From positions 1 through 64,000 of the forward strand of contig OY843584.1 of NCBI GenBank assembly GCA_963692915.1: 64,000 nucleotides of DNA. Direction: 5' to 3'. The position numbers and the translations under genes are program-made. Position 1 is the stretch's first letter. Every line of letters starts with the position of its first letter. This stretch comes from Cenarchaeum sp. Lineage in GTDB: Archaea > Thermoproteota > Nitrososphaeria > Nitrososphaerales > Nitrosopumilaceae. Below are positions 48,918 to 59,990 of the stretch, one piece after another. The notes under the pieces are model-generated. The model saw only the letters and a list, made by a program, of their open reading frames with translations, was not told the origin of the DNA and did not search any database.

Positions 48918-50652
48918 CTGACTTTGCGAGGTTTCTCGGGTGGTCGGGATCCGTGTCGCGCTCGAGCGCAGTATAGTATGCGACAAGCTGCGCGGGGATG
49001 ATTCCTATGATCGGGTATATCCACTCGGCGCACTCGGGAATGCCAATCCACTCGTCATACTCGTCGGCATCATGCGTGTCTATTCCGATCGTGCGCCCGC
49101 CGCGCGCGCGTATCTTGGCAGCGTCGGCCAACGCGTCATCGTGCGTTGGCCCCGGCGGATTTATGACGATGACGCGCGAGTCCTCGCCGAGGAGCGCGAG
49201 CGGGCCATGCTTTAGCTCCCCGCCGGGCATGGCCTCGGCATGTATGTATGCGAGCTCTTTTAGCTTCAAGGCAGCCTCGGAGGCGATCGCATAGTGGATG
49301 CCACGCCCGAGCACATACACGTCACTGACGTCGCGCAGTTCGGCTGCGATTGCCCTGGCCTGCGACTCGCAGCGCAGCGCCTCGGCCATTGCGCCTGAGA
49401 CGGCTCCAATGTCCACGCGCGGCCCGCCGAGGGCCGCTGCTATCCTGTAGAGCGCGGCAAGCTGTGACGTAAAGCTCTTTGTTGCAGCAACGCCGATCTC
49501 CGGCCCACAGTCCATCCTGACCGTGCGCGATGACTCGCGCGCAAGGGACGAGGACGGGTGGTTGACAAGCGAGATGACCCCGAGGCCTGCGTCGCTTGCA
49601 AGGCGTGCGGCCTCTAGAATGTCAGCACTCTCGCCGCTCTGCGATATGGCAAGCATTACGCCGCCGGAGAGCGAGGTCGCATGGACGGGAAACTCGCTGG
49701 CCACGATCACCTCTGCCCTTATGCGCGCATGGCTTGAGAGGATGTGCTTTGCGACTAGTGCGGCATTGTGGCTCGTTCCGCTGCCCACAATGTAGACGGT
49801 TCCGGCCTCGCGAAGCGCTGCTGCTGCGGCCTCGATGGAGGCCTCATCCCCGCCTGCGCCCATTATGGCCTCTGGCTGCTCTGATATCTCCTTTAGCGTA
49901 TAGTGCGCATAGTCCCCCTTGTATATGCCGGCAAGCTCGCGCGAGACCTTTGTCACGCGCATCTCCACGGCGTTGCCATCAGCATCGTAGACGGTTGGCC
50001 CATCGCCGTCTATCACGACAAAGTTTCCGTCGCCGACGTAAATCGCATCATCAGTATACTCCACAAACCCAAGCACGTCACTTGCCACATAGTGCTCGCC
50101 ATCGCCCACGCCAATGATGAGCGGCTCGTGCATCCTTGCGGCCACAATCGTGCCGTCATCAAATATTGCGGCAAATGTATAGTGTCCCTTGAGCGTGGCC
50201 ACGGTTCGCATGATTGCCCCCTTGGCCCCGCCCTCGCCGTCAAGCTCGGACTCGAGGAGGTTTGCGATGACCTCGCTGTCCGTCTCGCTCTTGAACGTAA
50301 ACCCCCGCGAGCGCAGCGACTCCCTTAACTGCGCAAAGTTGTCTATGGAGCCATTGTGGACTATGGCGACGCGTCCGCCGCTTGATGCGTGCGGATGCGC
50401 ATTAGTGTCAGTTGCTGCCCCCTGCGTTGCCCATCTTGTGTGGCCCACACCGGCGTTGCCTGGAAGCTCGTCTAGGCGCAGCGACACGTTGACGCCGTCG
50501 ACCCTGCCGACGCCCTTTCTGACGAGTATCTCCCCGCCCGAGCCAGTCGCCACACCCACACTGTCATACCCGCGATACTCCATGCGGCGCAGGCCGCCGA
50601 CTAGGACACGCGCGGCGGCGCGACTGCCACTGTAGCCTATTATCGAGCACAC
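48904..50652 (-). CDS. glmS: Glutamine--fructose-6-phosphate aminotransferase
   Basis: N-terminal CSIIG, EYRGYDS, GHTRWAT, SQSGES, PRNLAKSVTV. Confidence 0.96.
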   Translation of the reverse strand: MCSIIGYSGSRAAARVLVGGLRRMEYRGYDSVGVATGSGGEILVRKGVGRVDGVNVSLRLDELPGNAGVGHTRWATQGAATDTNAHPHASSGGRVAIVHNGSIDNFAQLRESLRSRGFTFKSETDSEVIANLLESELDGEGGAKGAIMRTVATLKGHYTFAAIFDDGTIVAARMHEPLIIGVGDGEHYVASDVLGFVEYTDDAIYVGDGNFVVIDGDGPTVYDADGNAVEMRVTKVSRELAGIYKGDYAHYTLKEISEQPEAIMGAGGDEASIEAAAAALREAGTVYIVGSGTSHNAALVAKHILSSHARIRAEVIVASEFPVHATSLSGGVMLAISQSGESADILEAARLASDAGLGVISLVNHPSSSLARESSRTVRMDCGPEIGVAATKSFTSQLAALYRIAAALGGPRVDIGAVSGAMAEALRCESQARAIAAELRDVSDVYVLGRGIHYAIASEAALKLKELAYIHAEAMPGGELKHGPLALLGEDSRVIVINPPGPTHDDALADAAKIRARGGRTIGIDTHDADEYDEWIGIPECAEWIYPIIGIIPAQLVAYYTALERDTDPDHPRNLAKSVTVR

Positions 50653-50748
50653 GTGCGCTGCGGCGCGAGCCACGCCGTTAAGTGTATTTGCGCACTAGAC
50701 GGCTCGCCATGTGCGCAATCGCGCACCAGAATGTGCCTAGAATGCCTG

Positions 50749-51516
50749 TCAGGACTCGGAGGTCTGCTCTTTGGGAGCCTCTGCCTCGACTGAACCTGCG
50801 GCCTGTTCGGGCACTGCGGCCTCCTTGGGAGCCTCTGCCCCCTCTGCAGTGCCTACCTCGGGCGCTGCTGCCTCTGCTGCTCCCGCACTGCCATCGGCGC
50901 GCTGCAGGCCATCGGCCGCTCCGGGATCCGCCGAGCTGGTGGCGACTGCGGCGCCTGCCTCATCCTCGCCCTCCTCCACCTTTGGCCTCTCGGCCTCCTC
51001 CTTGGCGAGCCTCTTGTTTGCCTCAAGAACCTCGGCTAGCGGCGAGCCTGGCAGGAGACGCACATCGCCCTCCTCCTCTACTGTAACGGTGTACGACGGT
51101 ATGTCTACGATCCTCTCGCCGATCATGACGTGGCCATGCACCACGGCCTGGCGCGCCTGGTACGGCGTCCTAAAGTCCATCTTTTTCATCACGATGCTCT
51201 GGAGGCGGCGCGAAAGGACGTCATTGACTTGCAGGTTTAGCACGTCATCGAGGCTCGAGCCGGGCTTTACGAGACCCACCCTCTCAAGTGAGCTTATGAG
51301 TATGGGCTCGCGCTCTCCCCTGACCTCCTCGCCCAACGCGAGGAGCGATCGGGCCTGCTGCCTTAGGCGCGAGAGCTCGGTTCGGGCCTTCCACAGCTCG
51401 CGCTTTGTGCGAAGACCAAAACCGCCAAGCGTCTTTAGCTCGTCCATCTTTAGGTCATAGTTTAGTGGCCTCTTTGGCTTTCTCCAGGCCTTTCTTGGAT
51501 ATCTTGGATCGCCCAT
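50749..51516 (-). CDS. rps4: 30S ribosomal protein S4 with acidic C-terminal extension
   Basis: MGDP, RRLQS, ARQAVVHGH, PSY. Confidence 0.95.
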   Translation of the reverse strand: MGDPRYPRKAWRKPKRPLNYDLKMDELKTLGGFGLRTKRELWKARTELSRLRQQARSLLALGEEVRGEREPILISSLERVGLVKPGSSLDDVLNLQVNDVLSRRLQSIVMKKMDFRTPYQARQAVVHGHVMIGERIVDIPSYTVTVEEEGDVRLLPGSPLAEVLEANKRLAKEEAERPKVEEGEDEAGAAVATSSADPGAADGLQRADGSAGAAEAAAPEVGTAEGAEAPKEAAVPEQAAGSVEAEAPKEQTSES

Positions 51517-51522
51517 GATTCC

Positions 51523-52116
51523 CTACTCCTTTTTGGCCTCCGGCGCGGCCTTTGTATCAGTAGCCTTTGCGGCGCCCTCGGCGGCAGGCGCGGCCTCACC
51601 TGCGGCGCCCTCAGCAGCAGGCGCTGCGCCGGCGGCAGTGACGTCACTGGTCTTTGCGGGCTGGATCTTGCCTCCCTTTGCTACGCCGACTGCGCCGCCC
51701 TTGCGGCCAGTTGTGCGCGTCCGCTGCCCGCGAACCTTTAGGCCATACGTGTAGCGGTACCCGCGCCAGCTGCCAAGCGCCTTCTCCCGCTCAACATCGC
51801 CCCTCACGGTAAACTCGATATCTGATGTCAGGAGGTGCATGTCCTTGCCAGTCTCCATGTCCCTTTGGCGGTTGAGGAACCATATGGGAAATCCCGCCTT
51901 TATTGGATCCTTTATGAGCTCCTCAATCCTCGCGACATCAGCATCTGCGATCAGACCCATGCTAGTCGACGTGCTGATTCCCAGCGTGTCGAGAACCGCG
52001 AGGGCAAAGTTGCGGCCAACTCCCCTCACCTGGGTCAGGCCGACGAGTATCTTCTTGTCGCCGGGTATGTCGTTGCCGACAATCCTCACAATATGCTTGT
52101 ACTCTTGGGCACTCAA
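51523..52116 (-). CDS. rps13: 30S ribosomal protein S13
   Basis: [33 protein letters not shown]. Confidence 0.95.
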   Translation of the reverse strand: MSAQEYKHIVRIVGNDIPGDKKILVGLTQVRGVGRNFALAVLDTLGISTSTSMGLIADADVARIEELIKDPIKAGFPIWFLNRQRDMETGKDMHLLTSDIEFTVRGDVEREKALGSWRGYRYTYGLKVRGQRTRTTGRKGGAVGVAKGGKIQPAKTSDVTAAGAAPAAEGAAGEAAPAAEGAAKATDTKAAPEAKKE

Positions 52117-52171
52117 GCGTGCGCACGTCCACGCGACCCGTTAAAAACCCTACCGGGGGGTCGTGGCTAGA

Positions 52172-52265
52172 TGGTAGCCCGGCCCAGATTCGAACTGGGG
52201 TCGAGGGCTCCAAAGGCCCCCATGCTTGACCACTACACTCGGCGGAATCTATCCTCTACCGGGCT
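52172..52265 (-). tRNA. tRNA-Gln(UUG) with a non-canonical ~18-nt intron at the start of the D-arm
   Basis: Reverse complement reads AGCCCGG TAG [AGGATAGATTCCGCCGAG] TGTAGTGGTCAAGCAT GGGGGC CTTTGGA GCCCT CGAC CCCAG TTCGAAT CTGGG CCGGGCT A CCA. Confidence 0.9.
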
Positions 52266-52318
52266 GCCGGCTTGACCGGCCCTCAAAACGTCCCCCTAAA
52301 TGACATTTTCCACGCCGC

Positions 52319-53347
52319 TCAGCGCGAGATGCCCATGGCCGTGGCCAGGACGTCATATGGGTCGACCATCGACGAGCGTGCCTTCGACGCGCGAGCCTCA
52401 TGGACGGCGCGCGGCGAGGCCAAGAGCCTCCTCGCCGCTGCCCCTATGGCGCGTGCGCCGCGCGCGCGCACGGCCAGACGCGTACGCACAATGTACCTCT
52501 CATAGTAGTTTGGGACTGCATCAAAAGAGATGGTCGGCACGCCGAAGAGAGCCGCCTCTGATGTCATCGTGCCGCCCGAGCCGACAAACAGGTCGGCGTT
52601 CTCTAGGAGGTACTTGCCATCAAAGCGCATCGCCACGACGCGCACGCCATCTGGAACGCTTGCGCGAAGGCGCTCCAGCTGTGGCCTGTACCTTGCAAGG
52701 ACCACGACGCGTGCGCCCTCTATACGGCACAGCTCGCGGATCGCCGGCAGGATCGACGGCGCACCCGAGACGTATGCGGCCTCTTCCTCAACGGGTCTCA
52801 CGAGTATCATCTGTCCACCGTTTGTCGACGGGAGGATTCCGGATCGCGCCGCGCGTCGCATGACCGTCTGTGCCCCGTCTATTGCCTTGTACTGTATGAC
52901 ATCGCGCGGTGCTATTCCAAATCGCACTAGCTCGCGCTTTGGTATGACCCACGGGATCATGACCTTGTGCAGGAGCGGCACGGTCAGGCGCATCGCAGCC
53001 GTGGCGTGTGGCGCATCAGTGAACGCATAGTGCCTTACGCCAAGTCCAAAGGAGACGCGCGCAGCCTCCGGCGAGCAACAGCTGACCGTAGCCTCTGGCG
53101 CAAACTTGCTGACCGGATCAAAGAGGAGTCGCATCCTCTCGGTGCTCGCTAGAAGCTTTTGTGCCCTGTCGGCTCCCCCGTGCCTGCCGACTATGCGCAT
53201 GCCAAACCCGCGAATCCTGGCCAGGCCCGTGGCCTGGTCATAGCGCCTTGACGTGCAGAGAACCCTGTGGCGCCTTTTCAGCCTCCTGACCATGGGCTCA
53301 AAGAACACCACCTGCTTTGGCGTGAGCACGTCAAACCAGATCCTCAA
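52319..53347 (-). CDS. DUF354 family protein (GT-B-like)
   Basis: IWFDVLTPKQ, GRHGG, SPEAARVSFGLG, GGTMTSEAALFGVP. Confidence 0.88.
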   Translation of the reverse strand: MRIWFDVLTPKQVVFFEPMVRRLKRRHRVLCTSRRYDQATGLARIRGFGMRIVGRHGGADRAQKLLASTERMRLLFDPVSKFAPEATVSCCSPEAARVSFGLGVRHYAFTDAPHATAAMRLTVPLLHKVMIPWVIPKRELVRFGIAPRDVIQYKAIDGAQTVMRRAARSGILPSTNGGQMILVRPVEEEAAYVSGAPSILPAIRELCRIEGARVVVLARYRPQLERLRASVPDGVRVVAMRFDGKYLLENADLFVGSGGTMTSEAALFGVPTISFDAVPNYYERYIVRTRLAVRARGARAIGAAARRLLASPRAVHEARASKARSSMVDPYDVLATAMGISR

Positions 53348-53412
53348 TGTGCGGCGGATACATCACCGCATTTAAATAAGTTTTTTTGGGCGGCGCACCG
53401 AGGGGTGCGTGA

Positions 53413-54543
53413 TTGGCAAAGACGAAGGTTGTAGTGTATGGGCTGAGCACCGAGGGCTACTCGGTTGCGTGCCGCATGGCCCTCGCCGGCGGCACAGTCA
53501 GCATAATAGACGAGGCGACGCCATCGGCGATACCACTCACGCCAGAGATCGCCAAGACGTACCCTACGGTTGGGGCGATCGCCGAGGATGAGCCCATACT
53601 CACGACGACGCCAGTTGACGAGACGATAGCAGACGCGGACTATCTCTTTTTTGGACCACAGATGCGCAAGTCTGGCCAGGACACAAGGACCGAGCTGAGC
53701 TCAAAGTTCAAGGATGCGGCATCGGCGATGGGCAAGGGAACGTCGTTTGTCTATTGCGCCCCAACGGGTATTGGCGGAAACAATGAGAACATATCGCTCC
53801 TAGAACACATGACAGGTCACGAAGCGGGTCACTCGATGTCCTACTTTTACTGTCCGCTCGGGGAGGCCGGAAGGGTGCCTGAAGTGATTGGCTCGTACAC
53901 CACCAAGGCCGACACGCGCCTTGATGCGCTCCTGTCGACCAAACAGGGCGCGCCACGGCAGGTGGCGCTTGGGGCGTCTGAGCGGTTTTACGCAGTTGGC
54001 GTCCTGTCGCGATTTGCGCGAATGTGCAGCGTGCTAGAGGTGTGCCGCAACGTGCAAGACGACGAGACGCGCAGCGCACTGGCCACCGACGAGGTAAGCT
54101 CGCTATATCTCCATAACATGATGGGCGAGATGTACGACCTCCGATCGCTGTCATCCTCCTTTGAGGGGGCCGGCACGCTTGCATACCTTGTCAACGGCGG
54201 CATAAAGGGAATCGAGGGATACATCAAACGCCTGACAGGAGAGGTTCGCGCTACGCTAAAGAGGAGGGAGCTAAAGGCTGCACGCACTAGGGTTGCCATA
54301 TCGTGGACGCTTGACAAGCACGAGATGCGCGGCGAGCGCATGGACACGCGCATGCACCTGGTGTCGCGCCTGCGTGACTATATCGGAGATGTCGGACTGC
54401 TCGGGGACTCGACTCCTGACGTGTTTGACAGCGACAAGACGCTCATCGTCATTGCATGCTCAGAGCGCGACACAAGGGACATTCCCAAAAATGATGGCGA
54501 GACCATAATCATAAGGGCAAACCCGCTATTTGAGTCCAGCTGA
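53413..54543 (+). CDS. Nucleotide-sugar dehydrogenase-like protein (divergent)
   Basis: Rossmann-like VVVYGLSTEGY start; 376 aa. Confidence 0.6.
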   Translation: MAKTKVVVYGLSTEGYSVACRMALAGGTVSIIDEATPSAIPLTPEIAKTYPTVGAIAEDEPILTTTPVDETIADADYLFFGPQMRKSGQDTRTELSSKFKDAASAMGKGTSFVYCAPTGIGGNNENISLLEHMTGHEAGHSMSYFYCPLGEAGRVPEVIGSYTTKADTRLDALLSTKQGAPRQVALGASERFYAVGVLSRFARMCSVLEVCRNVQDDETRSALATDEVSSLYLHNMMGEMYDLRSLSSSFEGAGTLAYLVNGGIKGIEGYIKRLTGEVRATLKRRELKAARTRVAISWTLDKHEMRGERMDTRMHLVSRLRDYIGDVGLLGDSTPDVFDSDKTLIVIACSERDTRDIPKNDGETIIIRANPLFESS

Positions 54544-54651
54544 TGACAGATGCGGTGCGTCGTATGCCAGGGAGATCCGGGAACCCGTATTTCCGGACGC
54601 ACCGTCTGCGTGCCACAAAGATATAATTATGCGTGTCTTGTGCGCAATGTC

Positions 54652-55242
54652 GTGCAAGGAGAGCCTGCTCGAGACGATGCCGAACATGGGGACTGCGCTT
54701 GCGGCGGTGAGGCCGCGCATGAAGATCCAGTGCCGGTTCATGTCGTAGAGCCAGATACGGGCGACAAGACTGTGGCCGATGCCGCCGAGGAGCCCACCGA
54801 GCCTGCCGTGAACCCGTTGGGCGCGTGCGAGGATCGCCTAAAGAGGGCAATGGCGGATCTTGAGAACATGCGACGCAGGGCGGAGAGCGACGTCTCGCTG
54901 CGCGTGGCCTCTGCTGTGGAGCCAATAATGGCCGAGCTCGTCAACATACGCGACGATCTTGCGCGCGCGCGCGACGCGTCATCAGGAGCAGACGCCTCTG
55001 GCCTTGACGGGATACTAAAGAACACCGATGCGCTCCTTGCCCGAAACGGCGTGACAGAGATCAACGCGATAGGCGAGCCATTTGACCCGCTCAAGCACGA
55101 GTCAGTGCGTCTAGTTGACGATCCCGCCCTGGATGACGGGACGGTGATGAGCGTGGCTCGCAAGGGATATATTTGCCACGGTCGCGTCCTGCGACCGTCA
55201 CTAGTGGAAGTATCAAGGAGAGTAAGTGAGAAAGATGGCTAA
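54652..55242 (+). CDS. grpE: Nucleotide exchange factor GrpE
   Basis: [19 protein letters not shown]...[11 protein letters not shown] start inferred from the TATA box at 54621. Confidence 0.92.
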   Translation: MQGEPARDDAEHGDCACGGEAAHEDPVPVHVVEPDTGDKTVADAAEEPTEPAVNPLGACEDRLKRAMADLENMRRRAESDVSLRVASAVEPIMAELVNIRDDLARARDASSGADASGLDGILKNTDALLARNGVTEINAIGEPFDPLKHESVRLVDDPALDDGTVMSVARKGYICHGRVLRPSLVEVSRRVSEKDG

Positions 55243-57127
55243 GATTGTGGGAATTGACCTTGGAACGAGCAACTCTGCGGCATCCGTGATGATGGGCGGC
55301 AAGCCCACGATTGTGCCAGCAGCCGAGGGCACAACTGCATACGGCAAGGCGTTCCCGTCAGTAGTCGCGTTCACCAAGGACGGGGATCTTCTCGTCGGCG
55401 AGCCGGCTAGGCGCCAGGCAGTCAGCAATCCCGATGGGACTATCGTGGCCGTCAAGAGAAAGATGGGCACCGAGGAGACGATAGCGATTCACGGCAAAGA
55501 GTACAAACCACAGCAGATATCGGCATTCATACTCCAAAAGATCAAAAAGGACACCGAGGCGTTCACGGGAGACAAGGTCGAAAAGGCCGTCATCACGGTT
55601 CCGGCGTACTTTGATGACAACCAGCGCCAGGCGACAAAAGATGCTGGCACAATAGCCGGTCTTGATGTCGTGCGCATAATCAACGAGCCCACTGCCGCAG
55701 CCCTGACGTATGGCCTTGACAAGGAAAAGCACGACCTCAAGATCATGGTCTTTGACTTTGGCGGCGGCACGCTTGACGTCACGATAATGGAGATGGGCGG
55801 CGGCGTCTTTGAGGTCATGAGCACGTCTGGTGACACAAAGATTGGGGGCACTGACATGGACAAGGCGATCATCACGTATGTCACTGACGAGTTCCGCAAA
55901 AAGGAGGGAATAGACCTCTCGACTGACACGACTGCCTCGACACGCGTGCGCGAGGCCTCCGAGAAGGCAAAGATCGAGCTCTCAAGCGTCATGGAGACTG
56001 AGATCAACCTCCCGTTCATCGCACAGGACTCATCAGGCCCCAAGAATCTCGAAGTTCGCCTCACGCGCGCAAAGCTCGAGGAGCTCATACGCCCCATAGT
56101 CGAGTCGACGCGCGCGTCCATAGAAAAGGCACTTGCCGACTCCAAACTCCAGGCCTCAGGCGTCAACAAGGTGATTATGGTCGGCGGCCCGACGAGAATC
56201 CCGCTGGTGCGAAAGTTTGTCGGCGAGGTCATGGGGCACGAGCCCGAGTCCGGCGTTGACCCGATGGAGGCCGTCGCGATGGGCGCAGCCGTGCAGGCCG
56301 GCGTCATTGCAGGTGATGTGACGAGCGACATCGTTCTCCTAGACGTCACCCCGCTTACGCTTGGGATCGAGACGGTCGGCGGCGTGCGCGAGCCGCTAAT
56401 AGAGCGTAACACGACAATCCCCACATCAAAGAGCAAGGTGTTTACGACTGCAGCGGACAACCAGACTGCCGTGACGATCCACGTGGTGCAGGGCGAGAGA
56501 CCAATGGTCGCAGACAACGTCTCGCTAGGGAGCTTTAACCTCATGGACATACCTCCCGCGCCGCGCGGCGTGCCGCAAGTCGAGGTAAAGTTTGACATTG
56601 ACGCAAACGGAATCATCAACGTGACGGCAAAAGACCTCGGCACGCAAAAGGAGGCAACGATAACGATCGAGTCGAGCACAAAGCTCTCCGATGACGAGAT
56701 AACAAAGCTGCGCGAGGATGCTGACAAGCACTCCGAGGAAGACAAGAAAAAGAAGGCGCGCGTGGACCTCAAGAACGAGGCAGAGTCGTTCATCTACACG
56801 GTCGAAAAGATGATCAACCAGGATCTCAAGGACAAGATTCCACAAGACAAGGGCGCCAAGATATCCGAGTCTATTCGCGAGCTGCGCGAGTCACTCGAAC
56901 GCGACTCTGAGGACGTGCAGGCGCGACTAGACGCGCTGCGAACCATAGTCAACGAGGTGACCACGGAGATATACAAGAATACGACCCCGCCGCCTGGCGA
57001 TGCCGGTGCGAGCGAAGCGCAGCCCAAAGGCGAGTCCGACGAGAGTGCCGGTGCGACAGCAGCTGACGCCGACAATGCAGATGACGCAGAAACTTCGCGT
57101 CCGGCCGATGGCTCTGGCTCCAAGTAG
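55235..57127 (+). CDS. dnaK: Chaperone DnaK
   Basis: [39 protein letters not shown]. Confidence 0.97.
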   Translation: MAKIVGIDLGTSNSAASVMMGGKPTIVPAAEGTTAYGKAFPSVVAFTKDGDLLVGEPARRQAVSNPDGTIVAVKRKMGTEETIAIHGKEYKPQQISAFILQKIKKDTEAFTGDKVEKAVITVPAYFDDNQRQATKDAGTIAGLDVVRIINEPTAAALTYGLDKEKHDLKIMVFDFGGGTLDVTIMEMGGGVFEVMSTSGDTKIGGTDMDKAIITYVTDEFRKKEGIDLSTDTTASTRVREASEKAKIELSSVMETEINLPFIAQDSSGPKNLEVRLTRAKLEELIRPIVESTRASIEKALADSKLQASGVNKVIMVGGPTRIPLVRKFVGEVMGHEPESGVDPMEAVAMGAAVQAGVIAGDVTSDIVLLDVTPLTLGIETVGGVREPLIERNTTIPTSKSKVFTTAADNQTAVTIHVVQGERPMVADNVSLGSFNLMDIPPAPRGVPQVEVKFDIDANGIINVTAKDLGTQKEATITIESSTKLSDDEITKLREDADKHSEEDKKKKARVDLKNEAESFIYTVEKMINQDLKDKIPQDKGAKISESIRELRESLERDSEDVQARLDALRTIVNEVTTEIYKNTTPPPGDAGASEAQPKGESDESAGATAADADNADDAETSRPADGSGSK

Positions 57128-57180
57128 GCGCGCGCAGCACCAACAAAAGCGTATATACGGCAACGCGCCGGCGCTCGCGC

Positions 57181-57272
57181 AGCGGGGTGGGGAAGTCAGA
57201 CCACAACAGGGACAAGGTCATCCCGGCGGGCTCATAACCCGCAAATCAGTAGTTCAAATCTACTCCCCGCTA
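57181..57272 (+). tRNA. Initiator tRNA-Met(CAU) with a ~17-nt insertion (intron) in the D-loop
   Basis: A1-U72 AGCGGGG/CCCCGCT acceptor stem, GCGGG-CTCATAA-CCCGC anticodon arm with three G-C pairs, TTCAAAT T-loop. TATATA at 57152. Confidence 0.9.
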
Positions 57273-58577
57273 TAAAATCCAGCCACTTGCTAGTGTGCGC
57301 GGTTGCGCACGCGTGCCGGCCGCACGGTGGGCAGGCCTTGACAGGTGCCTCTGGGCCGAGGGCAGCGCAACATGGGCCCCTGTGCGCACGGTGCGCCGAA
57401 GGGCGACTGCCTCCTTTTTGTCTGACGTCCTTCCGCAACGCGCGCACCTGTATCCCTGGCCCACGCCGGCGGACTTCATTCGCTTGCCGCACGCGGCGCA
57501 CATCTTGTTGGCCTCGCGCATCAGCCGGACCAGCCGCAAGACCTCGATCGTCTCGACGTTGAGGGTCCGCCTCCTTGACTGCACTGCGCGTCGCACGCCA
57601 CCGCCGAGGCGAACCGCATCCCCGCGCGCCAGCGCGCGCGCAACGCTGCCCAGGCCGGTGGGATGGTACACCATGCATGTGACCTTTGTGCCGCCGCATG
57701 ACACTTCGAGGCGCACATGGCCACCACTGATGTTCTCCGGATCGCCGGCGAGCGTGCCCTCTATGGTTCCTGACTCGTGCGCGCGCAGCGCGCGCGCATC
57801 TAGCGCATGAGCCAGGTGATCGCCGGTTCCCTGGTTTGAGGCAAACACCATGTGACCAAGCGGGCTCTCGCTGAGTATCTGGCCGCTTGCCACAATGATC
57901 GAGCGCGCATCCTCGCCGCGTATTCCATATAGCACGGGATCAGGGCCGTGCGGGGCTACCAGGACACGATCGCGTGCGGCGTCATAGCTGTTAAACGTCG
58001 AGGGGAACGTCCGCTCGTGCATCTCGCGCACGCTCTCCCCGTCTATGGCGCGCTCTGTGCCGACCATGTCTGGCCGCCTGTACGCGAGAAGTTCCATCGT
58101 ATAGTCACCTAGCCTGTACCCTATTGCGCTTATCGCACCGACGAGACCCTGGCCGTTCCCAAACGAGTGGCACTCTAGTCCCCAGCGTGATGCTGCGCGC
58201 CTTGCGCGCTCGCGAGGGATGACGCGCCAGATGGCCTCGTGCGCAAACTCGGAGAGCGCAGGGGGCACGGACTTGGCCTCGAGGAAGGCAAGCCCTGGGT
58301 TTGCCCCGCTGCCAGTCTCCGAGCCGTCACGGACCATCTCTATGATCTTGCGCTTTGCCCCCTGCGAGTCGTGCGTGAGAATGCTCAGGCCAACTGCGCC
58401 GTTTCCGCGCGTCTTCCACGGCACGTTTGGGTTCAGCCTGATGAGTCGCGGATATTGGGCGATCTCATCGCCGCGTGCGCGCAGCTCTCCGGCAATGCGA
58501 TATGCCAGGTATGTGGTGCACATGCCTAGCCTAGAGTCCGTGTCATCAATGCCCACCCTGAGGACGGTTCTTGCCAT
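57270..58577 (-). CDS. tiaS: tRNA(Ile2) agmatinylcytidine synthase
   Basis: [38 protein letters not shown], Zn ribbon, RHLSRP. Confidence 0.95.
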   Translation of the reverse strand: MARTVLRVGIDDTDSRLGMCTTYLAYRIAGELRARGDEIAQYPRLIRLNPNVPWKTRGNGAVGLSILTHDSQGAKRKIIEMVRDGSETGSGANPGLAFLEAKSVPPALSEFAHEAIWRVIPRERARRAASRWGLECHSFGNGQGLVGAISAIGYRLGDYTMELLAYRRPDMVGTERAIDGESVREMHERTFPSTFNSYDAARDRVLVAPHGPDPVLYGIRGEDARSIIVASGQILSESPLGHMVFASNQGTGDHLAHALDARALRAHESGTIEGTLAGDPENISGGHVRLEVSCGGTKVTCMVYHPTGLGSVARALARGDAVRLGGGVRRAVQSRRRTLNVETIEVLRLVRLMREANKMCAACGKRMKSAGVGQGYRCARCGRTSDKKEAVALRRTVRTGAHVALPSAQRHLSRPAHRAAGTRAQPRTLASGWIL

Positions 58578-58677
58578 CTCTGTGCAGGGTCGCCGCCGAG
58601 CCCGGATTTTTGGATTGCCCTTGCCCCGCCATAGGCGTGCGCGTGTGGTATGTTTTTTAGGCCCAAATGGGGCCAAT

Positions 58678-59253
58678 GTGGCATTGTCAGACGTAGAGGC
58701 GCAAGCAGGGGCGACTGAGGCGACCCAGTCCCTAGAGGAGCCTGCGCCAGTTGAGGACGCTGCTGTGGCAGCCGAGGACGCCGCTGAGGATACTGTGGCA
58801 GCCGAGGATACTGCCGAGGGCGGACAGCAGGACGCCGAGAAGGCCACGGGCGCAGAGAAAAAAACAGACCGTGAAAAGTGGGCGATCGCGCACATCTTTA
58901 GCAGCTATAACAACACGATAATCCACATGACAGACCTTACGGGCGCCGAGACCGTCTCGATAAGCTCCGGCGGCAACCACGTGAACGCCGACAGGTACGA
59001 GTCCTCGCCGTTTGCGGCAATGAAGGCTGCCAACACCGTAGTTGAGGCGGCGCGCTCCAAGGGGTTCACTGCACTGCACATACGCATACGCGCAGTTGGC
59101 GGTGTGGGCTCACGCGTGCCCGGCCCCGGCGCGCAGGCGGCGATCCGCGCACTCGCGCGCGGTGGCTTCAAGATAGGACGCATAGATGACGTCACGCCAA
59201 TACCGCATGACATGACGCGCAAAAAGGGCGGCAAGCGCGGCCGGCGCGTCTAG
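58678..59253 (+). CDS. rps11: 30S ribosomal protein S11 with acidic N-terminal extension
   Basis: [38 protein letters not shown]. Confidence 0.95.
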   Translation: MALSDVEAQAGATEATQSLEEPAPVEDAAVAAEDAAEDTVAAEDTAEGGQQDAEKATGAEKKTDREKWAIAHIFSSYNNTIIHMTDLTGAETVSISSGGNHVNADRYESSPFAAMKAANTVVEAARSKGFTALHIRIRAVGGVGSRVPGPGAQAAIRALARGGFKIGRIDDVTPIPHDMTRKKGGKRGRRV

Positions 59254-59561
59254 TCTGAGGCTCGCGATATCTTGCCGGTGCACCCGCGCGCCTCGAAATA
59301 GTCTGACATGAACGAGTCGAGCTTTTCGGCGTCCTTGCCGCGATAGCGCCGGATCATGTCTGCAAACTTTGCCTCTATGGCGTCAGCTAGCGTGTCATCA
59401 ATGGACAGGCTAAAGAACGTCCATCCCATGCTTGCTGACTCGGGACCAATATTGTATGCGCCTGTCGGCCCACACTTTGTGTGCATGTGCGACATTGCGC
59501 GCCGGATCGATAGCCGGTCGTCTAACCCGTTTGTCGTCTTTATGTCGTATGTTAGTGCCAT
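59250..59561 (-). CDS. Conserved hypothetical protein
   Basis: 103-aa ORF abutting the upstream gene in an apparent rtcB operon. Confidence 0.65.
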   Translation of the reverse strand: MALTYDIKTTNGLDDRLSIRRAMSHMHTKCGPTGAYNIGPESASMGWTFFSLSIDDTLADAIEAKFADMIRRYRGKDAEKLDSFMSDYFEARGCTGKISRASD

Positions 59562-59990
59562 CTAGCCCACGTCATCAGGTTGCGCCCCTGCCGTCCCCAG
59601 CTTGTCAGACAGCGAGACGAGCTTGCCGTCACTCTCCACGCTTATGCGCGTCTGCAGCCTCACGCGTATGCCGATTGTCCTGAGAAGCTCCATGAGGTCC
59701 CCGCCGCTGATCGTCTCGCGCAGCTCGCCAGACTCGATGAGCTCACCAAGCTTTGTGACCACTATGGCCATCTCGCGCGGCCACTGGGCCTCGGCGTTTT
59801 GCAGAACCTCCAGGCCGCGGTGCCCGAGGCGTCCGACTAGCGCATCGCGCGCGCTGCGTGCGGGATTTTTGGAACCGCTGCGCTCCTCAGACGGCTTTGC
59901 CTCGCTGGCAGCCTCGCGCGCGACGTTCTTGCGCATCTCGGCCATTCTCCTTGCCATGAGCGACTCTAGCTCGGCGTCCGGATCGCTCAT
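59562..59990 (-). CDS. PDCD5-like dsDNA-binding protein
   Basis: DAELESLMARRMAEM N-terminus, LIESGEL...ISGGDLMELL. Confidence 0.7.
   Translation of the reverse strand: MSDPDAELESLMARRMAEMRKNVAREAASEAKPSEERSGSKNPARSARDALVGRLGHRGLEVLQNAEAQWPREMAIVVTKLGELIESGELRETISGGDLMELLRTIGIRVRLQTRISVESDGKLVSLSDKLGTAGAQPDDVG

Noticed and set aside
55489-56793. 434-aa ORF antisense to dnaK
   Set aside because: Antisense ORFs opposite dnaK are a familiar codon-bias artefact; no independent motifs.
58219-58895. Long overlapping 5' extensions of rps11 and tiaS
   Set aside because: Real starts are about 58678 (+) and 58577 (-) around a divergent promoter; the extensions are antisense read-through.
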